NCBI RefSeq assembly: GCF_044236155.1
Contig: NZ_JBIIHA010000008.1
Coordinates: 65,353-129,352 of the forward strand
Source: Prosthecobacter sp.
GTDB taxonomy: Bacteria; Verrucomicrobiota; Verrucomicrobiia; Verrucomicrobiales; Verrucomicrobiaceae
Direction of reading: 5' to 3'
Length of the DNA: 64,000 bases
Part shown: piece by piece, positions 35,330 to 44,213 of the stretch
How the letters are laid out: each line of letters starts with the position of its first letter
How positions within the stretch are numbered: the first letter of the stretch is position 1
Program-made: the position numbers and the translations under genes
The notes under the pieces: generated by a model
Told to the model about the DNA's origin: nothing
Seen by the model: only the letters and a program-made list of their open reading frames with translations
Database searches by the model: none

Positions 35330-36780
35330 AACACCTGCTCGCTCTTCTTCTCCTCAGTCTCCCGCTGCATGCCGAGATCCTCGCCGGCATCGCCAAAGTG
35401 GACATCACCGACCGCACGGTGCCGGTGAATGATCCGTGTTTTGCCAAGGCGCTCGTCTTGAAGAGCGGCGAGACGACCGCCGTGCTCGTCACGGTCGATG
35501 CGGTGGCGATTGGTGGCATCGGACGCATCGGAAATGGCTTCCTCGCGAATGTGCGGCAGGAACTCGGCGATCTTGCCGACGAGGTCATCATCAATGCCAG
35601 CCACTGCCACGGCATCGTGCGCACGGATTTGCAGCAGCTCGTTGTGCAGGCCATCAAAGAGGCCGCGAAGAACTTCGTGCCGGTCAAAGTGAGCGCCGGA
35701 ACTGGCAGCGAGAGCCGCATCAGCGAAAACCGCCGCATGTTTCTCAAGGACGGTACGCAGACGGACATGCGCCGCGCTTACTCGATGCCGCGCGATGAGG
35801 ACGTGGTCAGCACCGGTCCGATTGATCCGCAGATCGGTCTGCTGAGGCTGGATCGAGCGGACGGCACGCCGCTCGCGGTCGTGTATCAGTTCGCCTGCCA
35901 TCCGATCATGAACCCGCCGAGCAAGGGCAACTCGGCCGATTACCCCGGCTTTGCCTCCAAAGTCATCGAAGAAGCCACCGGCGCGATGGCGTTCTTCGTT
36001 CAAGGCTGCGGCGGCGACATCAATCCCGTTCATTACAAAGAAGTGAGCCGTCCCGCCGATGCCGAGCCGCTCGGCACGATGCTCGGCGCGAGTGTTTTGG
36101 CGGCGCTGCGCCGTTTTGAGCCGCAAAACGATGCCACACTGAAAATCAGCCGCGAAGTGCTCCAATTGCCCCGCGCCGCCGATTTCGAAAAACGCATCGC
36201 CAGCATCGAAACCGAGCAAAAGGCCCTCGTGGCGGCTTTGAAGCCCACGAACATCAATTTCAAGACCTTCCTCCCACTGCTCATGCAGCACAAAATCTTC
36301 CCGGACATGCCCTCGCACTATGCCCAGGGCTATCTCGACAACGCCAAGCCGCTCCAGCAGCTCGACGCCGACAACAAGGCGCTCGTCGAAGCCTACCTCA
36401 GCAACCTCGCGATCATGGAAAAGCTCACGCGGCTGAATGCGAACCTCGCTTTGCTCAAAAAGCACCTCGCTGACACAAAAGCCGCGAACAGCGCCACCCT
36501 CGATTCCGAGGTGTGTGGTTTGCGGGTCGGCGCTTTCAAGCTCGTGACCTTCCCCGGTGAAGTCACCGTTCAGGTCGGTCTGAACATCAAGAAAGCCGCC
36601 GCCGATGCCAACGCGCACGTTTCCGGCTACACGAACGGCTACATCTGGTACACCGCCACCGAGCAGCAACGCCGGAACACCGGCTACGCGCAGGAGGATT
36701 GCGACGTGGTCGTGGCCCCCGAGTGGCAGAAGCTGTTTGAGACGAAGGCCGCGGAAGTTTTGCGACAGCTTGCAAGGTGA
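35326..36780 (+). CDS. Neutral/alkaline ceramidase-N-terminal-like hydrolase, secreted
   Basis: The start overlaps the previous stop (ATGA), and a signal peptide is present. GIAKVDITDRTVPV...AVLVTVDAVAIGG resembles the ceramidase N-terminal domain family common in PVC genomes. Confidence 0.55.
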   Translation: MKHLLALLLLSLPLHAEILAGIAKVDITDRTVPVNDPCFAKALVLKSGETTAVLVTVDAVAIGGIGRIGNGFLANVRQELGDLADEVIINASHCHGIVRTDLQQLVVQAIKEAAKNFVPVKVSAGTGSESRISENRRMFLKDGTQTDMRRAYSMPRDEDVVSTGPIDPQIGLLRLDRADGTPLAVVYQFACHPIMNPPSKGNSADYPGFASKVIEEATGAMAFFVQGCGGDINPVHYKEVSRPADAEPLGTMLGASVLAALRRFEPQNDATLKISREVLQLPRAADFEKRIASIETEQKALVAALKPTNINFKTFLPLLMQHKIFPDMPSHYAQGYLDNAKPLQQLDADNKALVEAYLSNLAIMEKLTRLNANLALLKKHLADTKAANSATLDSEVCGLRVGAFKLVTFPGEVTVQVGLNIKKAAADANAHVSGYTNGYIWYTATEQQRRNTGYAQEDCDVVVAPEWQKLFETKAAEVLRQLAR

Positions 36781-36835
36781 GGTCTTGAGCATCTGCTTGC
36801 CCTCGCCATAGAAACCAGCCAACCCAAACCCAATC

Positions 36836-37624
36836 ATGCGACTTAAAGACCAGGTCATCCTCATCACCGGCAGCACTACAGGAATCGGCGAGCACATGGC
36901 GCGCCGCTTCATCCAAGAAGGCGCGAAGGTGATCCTGCATGGCCGCGATGCCGTGCGCGGCCAGGCGCTGCGCAAGGAGCTCGGCGAGGACAAGGCCGCG
37001 TTTTGTCAAGGGAGCCTCGAAGATGCCGCGTATCCCGAAAAACTCGCCGCAGACGCCATCGTGGCCTTTGGAAAGGTCGATGCGCTGGTGAACAACGCCG
37101 CGCTCACCATCCGCGGACGCATCGACACGACGGACGCGGCCTTCTTTGACCGCATGATGGCTGTGAACGCCCGTGCGCCCATGTTGCTGATCCGCGCGCT
37201 GCTGCCGGAGTTGAAGAAAAACACCGGCGTCGTGCTGAACATCGGCTCCGTGCTCGCTCACTGCGGTCAGGCGAACATGCTGGCCTATTCCATGTCCAAA
37301 GGCGCGCTCATGACCATGACGCGCAATCTCGCTGACTCGCTGGGCATGGACCGCGTGCGCGTGAACCAGCTCAACGTCGGCTGGACGCTCTCGGACAACG
37401 AATACCAGGTCAAAATCGGCGATGGACTCGGCGAAGGCTGGCCGGAGCGCCTGCCGCCCAGCGTCGTGCCGATGGGCCGGCTTTTGATGCCTGAGGACAT
37501 TGCTGCCGCTTGTGTTTACTGGGTCGGCCGCGAAAGCTACCCGGTCACCGGCACCGTCGCGGAGCTGGAGCAGTATCCGATCATCGGCCGCTACGCGAAT
37601 GCGGAAGGCGACGAGAAGAAATGA
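36836..37624 (+). CDS. SDR family oxidoreductase
   Basis: VILITGSTTGIGEHMARRF is the TGxxxGxG motif, NNAA is present, and YSMSKGAL is the YxxxK motif. Confidence 0.9.
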   Translation: MRLKDQVILITGSTTGIGEHMARRFIQEGAKVILHGRDAVRGQALRKELGEDKAAFCQGSLEDAAYPEKLAADAIVAFGKVDALVNNAALTIRGRIDTTDAAFFDRMMAVNARAPMLLIRALLPELKKNTGVVLNIGSVLAHCGQANMLAYSMSKGALMTMTRNLADSLGMDRVRVNQLNVGWTLSDNEYQVKIGDGLGEGWPERLPPSVVPMGRLLMPEDIAAACVYWVGRESYPVTGTVAELEQYPIIGRYANAEGDEKK

Positions 37625-37638
37625 GTCTCTGAAACGAA

Positions 37639-37666
37639 GAACCAAGAACAACGAACCAAGAACAAC
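37639..37666 (+). repeat. Tandem 14-mer (GAACCAAGAACAAC x2) immediately upstream of the FAH start
   Basis: Two perfect copies lie at 37639-37652 and 37653-37666, ending 3 nt before ATG 37670. Confidence 0.8.
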
Positions 37667-37669
37667 CGC

Positions 37670-38527
37670 ATGAAACTGATCCGCTTTGGAAACCCTGGAG
37701 AAGAAAAACCCGGCCTGCAGCTTGAAGACGGCCGCCGCATCGACGCGAGCGCCTTTGGCAGCGACTACGATGAAAAATTCTTCGGTGGTGATGATCTGGA
37801 GCGTCTCGCTGCCTGGGCGAAGGCCAACGCGGCCTCTGCGCCCACCGTCGATGCCAGCGTACGTCTCGGGCCGTGCATCGCGCGTCCTAGCAAGATCATC
37901 TGCATCGGCTTGAACTACGTCGATCACGCCAAGGAGAGCGGCATGCCCATTCCGGCGGAACCGATCGTCTTTTTCAAGGCCACCTCGGCCATCTGCGGCC
38001 CGAATGACAACGTCGTGATCCCGAAGAACTCGAAGAAGAGCGATTGGGAGGTCGAACTGGCTTTTGTCATAGGCAAAAAGGCCAGCTACGTCAGCGAAGA
38101 CAACGCCATGAGCCATGTAGCCGGTTACTGCGTGCACAACGATTACAGCGAACGCGAATGGCAGCTCGAGCGCGGCGGCCAGTGGGTCAAAGGCAAGAGC
38201 TGCGACACCTTCGCGCCGATCGGGCCCTTCCTCGCCACGAGAGATGAGATCCCTGATCCGCAGAATTTGAAGCTCTGGCTCAAGCTGAACGGCAAAACGA
38301 TCCAGAACAGCAGCACCGCGCAGATGATTTTCGGCGTGAAGAAGCTGGTCGGCTACCTCAGCCAGTTCATGAGCCTCCTGCCCGGCGATCTCATCACCAC
38401 CGGCACACCTCCTGGCGTCGGCCTCGGCTTCAAACCGGACCCCGTCTTCATGAAGCCCGGCGACGTCATCGAACTCGGCGTCGAAGGCCTCGGCGAGCAA
38501 GGCCAGACGGCTGTGGCGTGTGCCTGA
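37670..38527 (+). CDS. Fumarylacetoacetate hydrolase (FAH) family protein
   Basis: KIICIGLNYVDHAKESG, WEVELAFVIGK and LLPGDLITTGTPPGVG are typical FAH-family blocks. Confidence 0.9.
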   Translation: MKLIRFGNPGEEKPGLQLEDGRRIDASAFGSDYDEKFFGGDDLERLAAWAKANAASAPTVDASVRLGPCIARPSKIICIGLNYVDHAKESGMPIPAEPIVFFKATSAICGPNDNVVIPKNSKKSDWEVELAFVIGKKASYVSEDNAMSHVAGYCVHNDYSEREWQLERGGQWVKGKSCDTFAPIGPFLATRDEIPDPQNLKLWLKLNGKTIQNSSTAQMIFGVKKLVGYLSQFMSLLPGDLITTGTPPGVGLGFKPDPVFMKPGDVIELGVEGLGEQGQTAVACA

Positions 38528-38552
38528 TCTGAATCGACTAGGATTGAAATGG

Positions 38553-38582
38553 AAATGCCGGGCCAAAAGCCCGGCATTTTTT
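38553..38582 (+). terminator. Rho-independent terminator between convergent genes
   Basis: The structure is AAATGCCGGGC - CAAAA - GCCCGGCATTT followed by a T-run. It lies 26 nt after the FAH stop and touches the stop of the convergent 1311-aa gene. Confidence 0.75.
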
Positions 38583-41500
38583 ATTCCACCTTCATCACGC
38601 CATTCATGACCATCCAGTGGCCAGGGAAGGTGCAGAGATAAGGGTAATCGCCTTTTTCCTTCGGCGCGGTGAGGTGGATGACGAACTCGGCCTTCGGATT
38701 GGTCATGTCGGTGTAGGCGATGACGTCGTCGCTGTCGGGGACGTAGTGCTTTTGCATGCCTTGCGGGTCGGTGATCATGAGGTTGACCTTCTCGCCGAGC
38801 TTTTGCAGTGAGCCGGGCTTCGCGAGCAGCCAGTTGTGCGGCACGACGTCCGGGTTCTTGAAGCGAATGGTGAGTTTTTCGCCCGCTTTGGCCAAAAGCT
38901 GCTTTTGGACGAATTGCAGGCCCAAAGCGGCCTCGACGATGATTTCGCGTCCGGGCTCGCCTTTGGCCCACGGGTTCGGTTTGGCCGGTTTGGGGGCTTC
39001 GAGGCCGATTTGCGCTGCGTGGTTCGTTTTGGCGATCTTCGTGTAGCCAGCGAACTCCGTGAACGGCTCCGCCAAGGCATGCGCCGTCATGAAAACATCA
39101 TGCCCGGTGCTCAGATGCAGGTGAATCTGGCCTGCGGGCACGATCTGCGGGATTTCGAGGAAGAGCGTCTTGCCGCCATCGAGCTTTTGCACGCTGCGCA
39201 CCTCCAACGGATCATGGCCGGGCGTGTCCGCATACTTCACGGAATACTCCGGCGAGCCGTATTGCGGCCCGTATTTGTAGTTCCAGCACTGCGCGAAGCA
39301 GGTGGCGGCATCGGCGTCTTTCACGGGCTGGTTGAAACGGATGATCACGCCGTTATCGCGTGCTTCAAAGCCAACGGGCACGGGTTTATCGCCACCGGTG
39401 AAGCGCACTCGCTGAAAACAGCCGTCCTTCGGCGTGTAAGTGCCCCAGCCCTGCATGCCATTCACATAGAGATGCCCGTCCTTCGGATTGAATCGCGCAC
39501 ACTGCGGGCCGGAATCAAAGTTCCCGCTGATTTTGACCGCCGCGGCTTGCCAGCGACCTTTCACCTGCTGTCGCATCATCAACCACGCGCTGCCACCGCC
39601 CGAGGAGAGATGAATGAGGTTGTTATCACCCTTCAACGCAGCCCAAGAGTGTGGTGCAGCCGTCCCGGCTGCGTCTGGAATAAACACCTGCGAACTCGCC
39701 GAGTTGTCCTCGCCACGCGGCAGATACATCAGCACCGGCTCCGGCACCTTCCCATCCTTCGGACCACCCGCGCCAAAGTGCGCACCGAGGTTCTGATCGA
39801 GCTCGATCTGGAAGATGGAGGTGGCGGGTGTCCAATCGCCCTCCTGGCCGCTCGTGGTGATAAAGCGACCATCCGGTGAGAGACCGAGCCCGTTCGGATT
39901 GCGGAAGCCGGTGGCGAGGATTTGAAGTGATGCGGGCACTCTTGCCCGCAATGGAGCGCTTTCGGCGGGCAAGAGTGCCCGCCCCACTTCGATCCGGCAT
40001 ACGCCTTGATTTCCGGAAGCGAAATACCAGCGGCCTTCTTTGTCCGTTTCGAGTCCGACGATGAAATCGTGGCCGCCGGGCGAGGTCTGCATCGCGTTCG
40101 TCACGCACTCGTAGAAATCGGCTTCGTCATCGCCATTCAGATCGTGCAGGCAGGTGATTTGATCGCGACCAAGCACGTAGAGCTTGTCCTTCACGATCTT
40201 CATGCCCAGCGGCTGATGCAGACCAGTGGCGAAGCGTTTCCAGCGCAGTTTTTCCAGCTTCTCGTCGATGTCCTTCACCAGCCACACCTCGCCGGTCATC
40301 GTCGCGATAGCTGCGGTGCCATCGCTGAAGAAATCATGCGCGGTAATAAAGAAGAGCGTGCCATACCGATTCTCGAACGGAATCGTGATGCGGTCCGTGG
40401 CGAATGGCGCTTGGGCGCCGAGCTCGCCTTTGGTTTCGATCCATTGAGGCCATTGAGCGGGGCCTGGAGTAGGTAAGGGTGATTCACTGGTGACAATGTT
40501 GACTTCATTGACGCGGCGGAAAAAGCCGCGGTAGGTGCCGGAGAGCTTCTTTTCTTCTTTGGAGGTCACTTTGCCATCCATCGGCGCACCGGCCATGAAT
40601 CCGTGGCGGGCGTCGTTGAGCTTGAGAAAGCCTCCGGACCATTCCAAGCGCCACGCCATGCGTTCGGGATCAAAGACGGCTGCTTTGTCATCGAAGCGCA
40701 CGCACACGGCCTTCGGAATGGCGAGTCCTGCTCCTTTGAAAACCCCGCTAAACACATTCCCAAGATCACTCGCGGCCCAGCGACCATCCTTCCACGTGGT
40801 TTGGTCATTTTGATTGCCCCAGTGGCCTTGCTGGCCGCCGTCCATGCCGGGGAACTGCGGGATCAGTTCGGGCAGCGGCTTCTGCTTCATGAAGTGCAGC
40901 GCCTGCTTGCCGTAGAAGTCGAACACGCGCTCGCGGTTCACGAAGTGCTGCCAGTGCTGGTTGTCGGCTTGGTTCAACGGTGGCAGTTCGGGTTTGAACT
41001 CGGCGGCTTTTGGCGCGGGCGGCGGCAGCAGTGCATCGAGGTTGTCAAAGCTCCACAAGCCCAGCGTGTTGTCCATGCGCTGGCGTGGCGAGGTCGTTTT
41101 GCGCGGCTTCATCACGCCGCGCGTGATGCGCACATCATCCACGACGCCATCGCAACCAATCGTGCCTTCGACGAGGCGGCCAAAGGCGAGCTGCCCAAGC
41201 TGCGGTTTTTCGGTGAGCGGCTGCACAGGTTTCTCGAAGACCTGCTTCCCATCGATCCACAGCATCACGCCCTTGTCATCGGCGCTGGCGAGGAGGTCGT
41301 GCCACTTCCCATCGCACACATCGATCTTCGAATCGTAGTTCCCGCCGCGACCGGGCATGTAAAGCGCCAGCGTGCCGCTCTTCGCCATCGTGTAGAGTTC
41401 CCAATGCGTGGCCGAGGCCTTCATCTCGGACGCGACGAGGATGTTGAAGCCGTTTTTGCCATCCAGCCTCGCGCGACACTCGACCGTGAACGGCAGCTTC

Positions 41501-42516
41501 GAGTATTCCGCATCCCCCTCCACCATCCAGCCGCCCTTCAGCGCCTTGCCAAACTCTTCATTCCACGATGCCACCGTCTCGGCTTTGCCGACCTCTGAAT
41601 TCTGACTTCTCACTTCTGACTTCTCACTCCAGGTGCGATACGACGGCCTCGCTCTAGGCTTGGCATCATCAAGCTGTGGCACGAGCCACTTCAACCCATC
41701 GAGGTTGTCGAGCAGCCGACCTTCGGCGTCCTCGTTGGTGTGGTTGAGGATGCCAATCGGGCCGCTGTAGCCGCTGGCGCGAATTTGGCGCAGCACGGTC
41801 ACATCCTGCGTGCCCACGCCGAGCGGCAGGATCTTGCGGCCCTTCGTGTCGCCCGCGATGTCCATGCCGTTGAGGTTGAGGCAAAGGAGATGCGGCTTCA
41901 TGGCCTCGATGGCTTTGGGCAGGCGGTCGAGGTGGCTGTGGCCGTGGTGGAGGTTGTAAACGATGCCGATGTTGTCGGTGCGGTGGTTCTTCTTCAGGAA
42001 CTCGCACACGGCGACCATGTTTTCCGGCTCGCCGCCCCAGCCACCGTGGTTGTAGATGCCGACGCTGCTGCCGATGGCCTTCGCTTTGGCCAAGATGGGC
42101 AACAGACCTTCTGCGGCCGACTTGACCTGTGCCTCCTGCGTCTCGCCAGAGCCCTTCATCATGATCCAGAGCTGCGGATGGAGCTTGTACTTCTCAAACA
42201 GCCGGAAGGCCTCATCATGCGTGCCCCAGAACGCGAACATCTCGATGCCGTGCTGCTGATACGCGAGGATCTCTCGCTCAAATTCCACCACATGCTCCGG
42301 CCGCCAGTCATACGCGACTTTCTTGATCCCCATCTTCGCCACCATCTCGGCACGTGCTTCGGGCGTTCGTTTGGCCTTATCAAACGGCACAATGCACCAC
42401 GCGGCGAGGTTTTGTTTGTCGAAGAGATCGGCAGCGGAGATTTGGCCTACAGAACACGCGGAATACGCGGAAAGGAGCAGAAGGCAGAGGTGTCGTAGGG
42501 CGATGCTAGGTGTCAT
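38581..42516 (-). CDS. Multidomain secreted protein: xylose-isomerase-like TIM barrel + LamG + beta-propeller (dehydrogenase-like) + azurin-like cupredoxin
   Basis: 1311 aa with a signal peptide. Residues ~30-290 carry the sugar-phosphate isomerase/epimerase pattern (IVYNLHHGHSHLD, LNLNGMD). Residues ~320-470 are LamG-like (GKWHDLLASADDKGVMLWIDGKQV). The middle is propeller-like (GFRNPNGLGLSPDGRF). The C-terminus YPYLCTFPGHWMVMNGVMKV, together with VVPHNW, supplies the type-1 copper ligands. Confidence 0.85.
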   Translation of the reverse strand: MTPSIALRHLCLLLLSAYSACSVGQISAADLFDKQNLAAWCIVPFDKAKRTPEARAEMVAKMGIKKVAYDWRPEHVVEFEREILAYQQHGIEMFAFWGTHDEAFRLFEKYKLHPQLWIMMKGSGETQEAQVKSAAEGLLPILAKAKAIGSSVGIYNHGGWGGEPENMVAVCEFLKKNHRTDNIGIVYNLHHGHSHLDRLPKAIEAMKPHLLCLNLNGMDIAGDTKGRKILPLGVGTQDVTVLRQIRASGYSGPIGILNHTNEDAEGRLLDNLDGLKWLVPQLDDAKPRARPSYRTWSEKSEVRSQNSEVGKAETVASWNEEFGKALKGGWMVEGDAEYSKLPFTVECRARLDGKNGFNILVASEMKASATHWELYTMAKSGTLALYMPGRGGNYDSKIDVCDGKWHDLLASADDKGVMLWIDGKQVFEKPVQPLTEKPQLGQLAFGRLVEGTIGCDGVVDDVRITRGVMKPRKTTSPRQRMDNTLGLWSFDNLDALLPPPAPKAAEFKPELPPLNQADNQHWQHFVNRERVFDFYGKQALHFMKQKPLPELIPQFPGMDGGQQGHWGNQNDQTTWKDGRWAASDLGNVFSGVFKGAGLAIPKAVCVRFDDKAAVFDPERMAWRLEWSGGFLKLNDARHGFMAGAPMDGKVTSKEEKKLSGTYRGFFRRVNEVNIVTSESPLPTPGPAQWPQWIETKGELGAQAPFATDRITIPFENRYGTLFFITAHDFFSDGTAAIATMTGEVWLVKDIDEKLEKLRWKRFATGLHQPLGMKIVKDKLYVLGRDQITCLHDLNGDDEADFYECVTNAMQTSPGGHDFIVGLETDKEGRWYFASGNQGVCRIEVGRALLPAESAPLRARVPASLQILATGFRNPNGLGLSPDGRFITTSGQEGDWTPATSIFQIELDQNLGAHFGAGGPKDGKVPEPVLMYLPRGEDNSASSQVFIPDAAGTAAPHSWAALKGDNNLIHLSSGGGSAWLMMRQQVKGRWQAAAVKISGNFDSGPQCARFNPKDGHLYVNGMQGWGTYTPKDGCFQRVRFTGGDKPVPVGFEARDNGVIIRFNQPVKDADAATCFAQCWNYKYGPQYGSPEYSVKYADTPGHDPLEVRSVQKLDGGKTLFLEIPQIVPAGQIHLHLSTGHDVFMTAHALAEPFTEFAGYTKIAKTNHAAQIGLEAPKPAKPNPWAKGEPGREIIVEAALGLQFVQKQLLAKAGEKLTIRFKNPDVVPHNWLLAKPGSLQKLGEKVNLMITDPQGMQKHYVPDSDDVIAYTDMTNPKAEFVIHLTAPKEKGDYPYLCTFPGHWMVMNGVMKVE

Positions 42517-42565
42517 AAAATCAGTATTCCGGATGTGTCGTGTGTTCTGTAGGCCTTCACAAATT

Positions 42566-44104
42566 TTACTTCTTCACCACAGGCCAGTCATCCGTGCGGA
42601 AGGGCGAGGCGGGCAATCCAGCGCCATTGGCGAGGCTGTAATCAGGCCAATCTTTCCAGGCGTAACGAACGGCCACGGGTTGGGAGACCTCGGGGCTGCT
42701 GACGACAACCGTCTCGCCGACGATCTTGGCTTCAGCAGGTTTCCACTGCTGATCGGCGGCGGCGATTTGGAAGCCGGTGAGGGGGCCGCCGGTGATGGAT
42801 TTCAGGCCGCCGTTGGCATGTTTAAAGGAGATGGTGATGGCGTTGCCGGTGATTTTCGAGTCTGCGGGCAGTGGGCCGCTGGTGGCGGGGACGTCTTTGC
42901 CATACACGGTGCCGAGAGCCCAGAAGGAGAGACGCTTGCCGACGTCTTGTTTGTTCTTCGGATGGATGTCCTTCGCATCGCCGAGGTCGATGGTGATGGC
43001 CATGCCGGTCTTGGGCAGCGCGAGCGTCTTCAGCATGGATTCGCGCACACGCGGCCAGCCTTCACCGGGCGAGGTGAAGTTCGGGAGCTGCACCCACGCG
43101 AAGGGCACCTCGTCCTGCCAAAGCGTGCGCCAGCTTGTGACGAGCTGCGTGAGCTGCTTGTGGTAGAGGCCGGGATTGCTGTTGGCATTGCCTTCGCCTT
43201 GATACCAAAGCATTCCACGCAGCGTGTAAGGCAAGAGATTGACCACTTTGCCGTTGAAGAGGCCGCTGGGGCCGCCTTTGAGCTTCCACATCGCCAGCGG
43301 ATCTTTGGGCGGCGGGACGACGAAGGGAGTGCCGTCGGCTTTCGCCTTCTCGGAGGCCTTCTTCCAAATGGCGAGCTGCTTCTCATGCAACGCGGGCGCT
43401 TGCGCGGGATCGAACTTCCGGTGCGCGTCCAGCCGCGTGTCGTAGTTCGCCTTTGTCTCGGGATCGGAGGACTGCGCCTCGGCGGCGACCCACGACTCGA
43501 TGGGCGTGCCGCCGACGGAGGTGTTGATGAGGCCGACAGGCACGCCGACTTCCCGGTGAATCTCGCGACCAAAGAAATACAGCGCTGCGGAGAAGCCACC
43601 GACGGTGTCCGGTGTGCAGATTTGCCATGCGCCTTTGCCCTCGGCCTGCGGTGTGTCGGAGGGGCCGGAGCTTTCGCGATAATGGCGGATGAGCGGATAC
43701 TTCGCGGCGGCTTTTTCGGCATCGAAGTGGTAACAACCCGCCACGGTCATCGCCATGTTCGACTGCCCGGAACCGAGCCAGACCTCGCCCACGAGCACGT
43801 CCTTCACCTCGACCTTGCGCCCTTCGTTGCCGGTCACGAGCAGCGCACGCGGCTCTGCGGAAGCAGCGATGGCATCGAGCTTCAGCGACCACTTGCCATC
43901 CGTGCCGGTGGTGGCGGTCTTCGACTGCCCTGCAAAGGAAACGGTCACGGACTCTCCCGCATCCGCCCAGCCCCACAGCGCGACGGGCTTTTCGCGTTGC
44001 AGCACCATGTGATCGGAGAAGGGCGAGCCAAGGCGCAATTCAGCGGCGTGCTGGAGTGAAGTGCCAGCAACGAGAATGGCGAGAATGGTTAACAAGGGTT
44101 TCAT
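42566..44104 (-). CDS. Sialate O-acetylesterase (SASA/DUF303 family), secreted
   Basis: ATG 44104 gives MKPLLTILAILVAGTSLQHA. VLVGEVWLGSGQSNMAM is the GQSN motif, and GMLWYQGEGN is present. It is a paralogue of 59143..60705. Confidence 0.85.
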   Translation of the reverse strand: MKPLLTILAILVAGTSLQHAAELRLGSPFSDHMVLQREKPVALWGWADAGESVTVSFAGQSKTATTGTDGKWSLKLDAIAASAEPRALLVTGNEGRKVEVKDVLVGEVWLGSGQSNMAMTVAGCYHFDAEKAAAKYPLIRHYRESSGPSDTPQAEGKGAWQICTPDTVGGFSAALYFFGREIHREVGVPVGLINTSVGGTPIESWVAAEAQSSDPETKANYDTRLDAHRKFDPAQAPALHEKQLAIWKKASEKAKADGTPFVVPPPKDPLAMWKLKGGPSGLFNGKVVNLLPYTLRGMLWYQGEGNANSNPGLYHKQLTQLVTSWRTLWQDEVPFAWVQLPNFTSPGEGWPRVRESMLKTLALPKTGMAITIDLGDAKDIHPKNKQDVGKRLSFWALGTVYGKDVPATSGPLPADSKITGNAITISFKHANGGLKSITGGPLTGFQIAAADQQWKPAEAKIVGETVVVSSPEVSQPVAVRYAWKDWPDYSLANGAGLPASPFRTDDWPVVKK

Positions 44105-44213
44105 CGGTGGATGGAAAGACGGTGAGGGATGCGGATGGGTGTCAGGATCAGGGAGTCGCCGGAGCGGAATCAAAAAACGCGAATATCTCGGTGTGTTTGC
44201 TTCCCAGTCCCGA

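Noticed and set aside
36587-38971. A 794-aa minus-strand ORF, one of the longest in the track.
   Set aside because: It runs antisense across the SDR and FAH genes, through a rho-independent terminator and into the end of the 1311-aa gene. Its composition is dominated by R, G, A and H, and it has no recognisable domain. I treat it as a shadow ORF.
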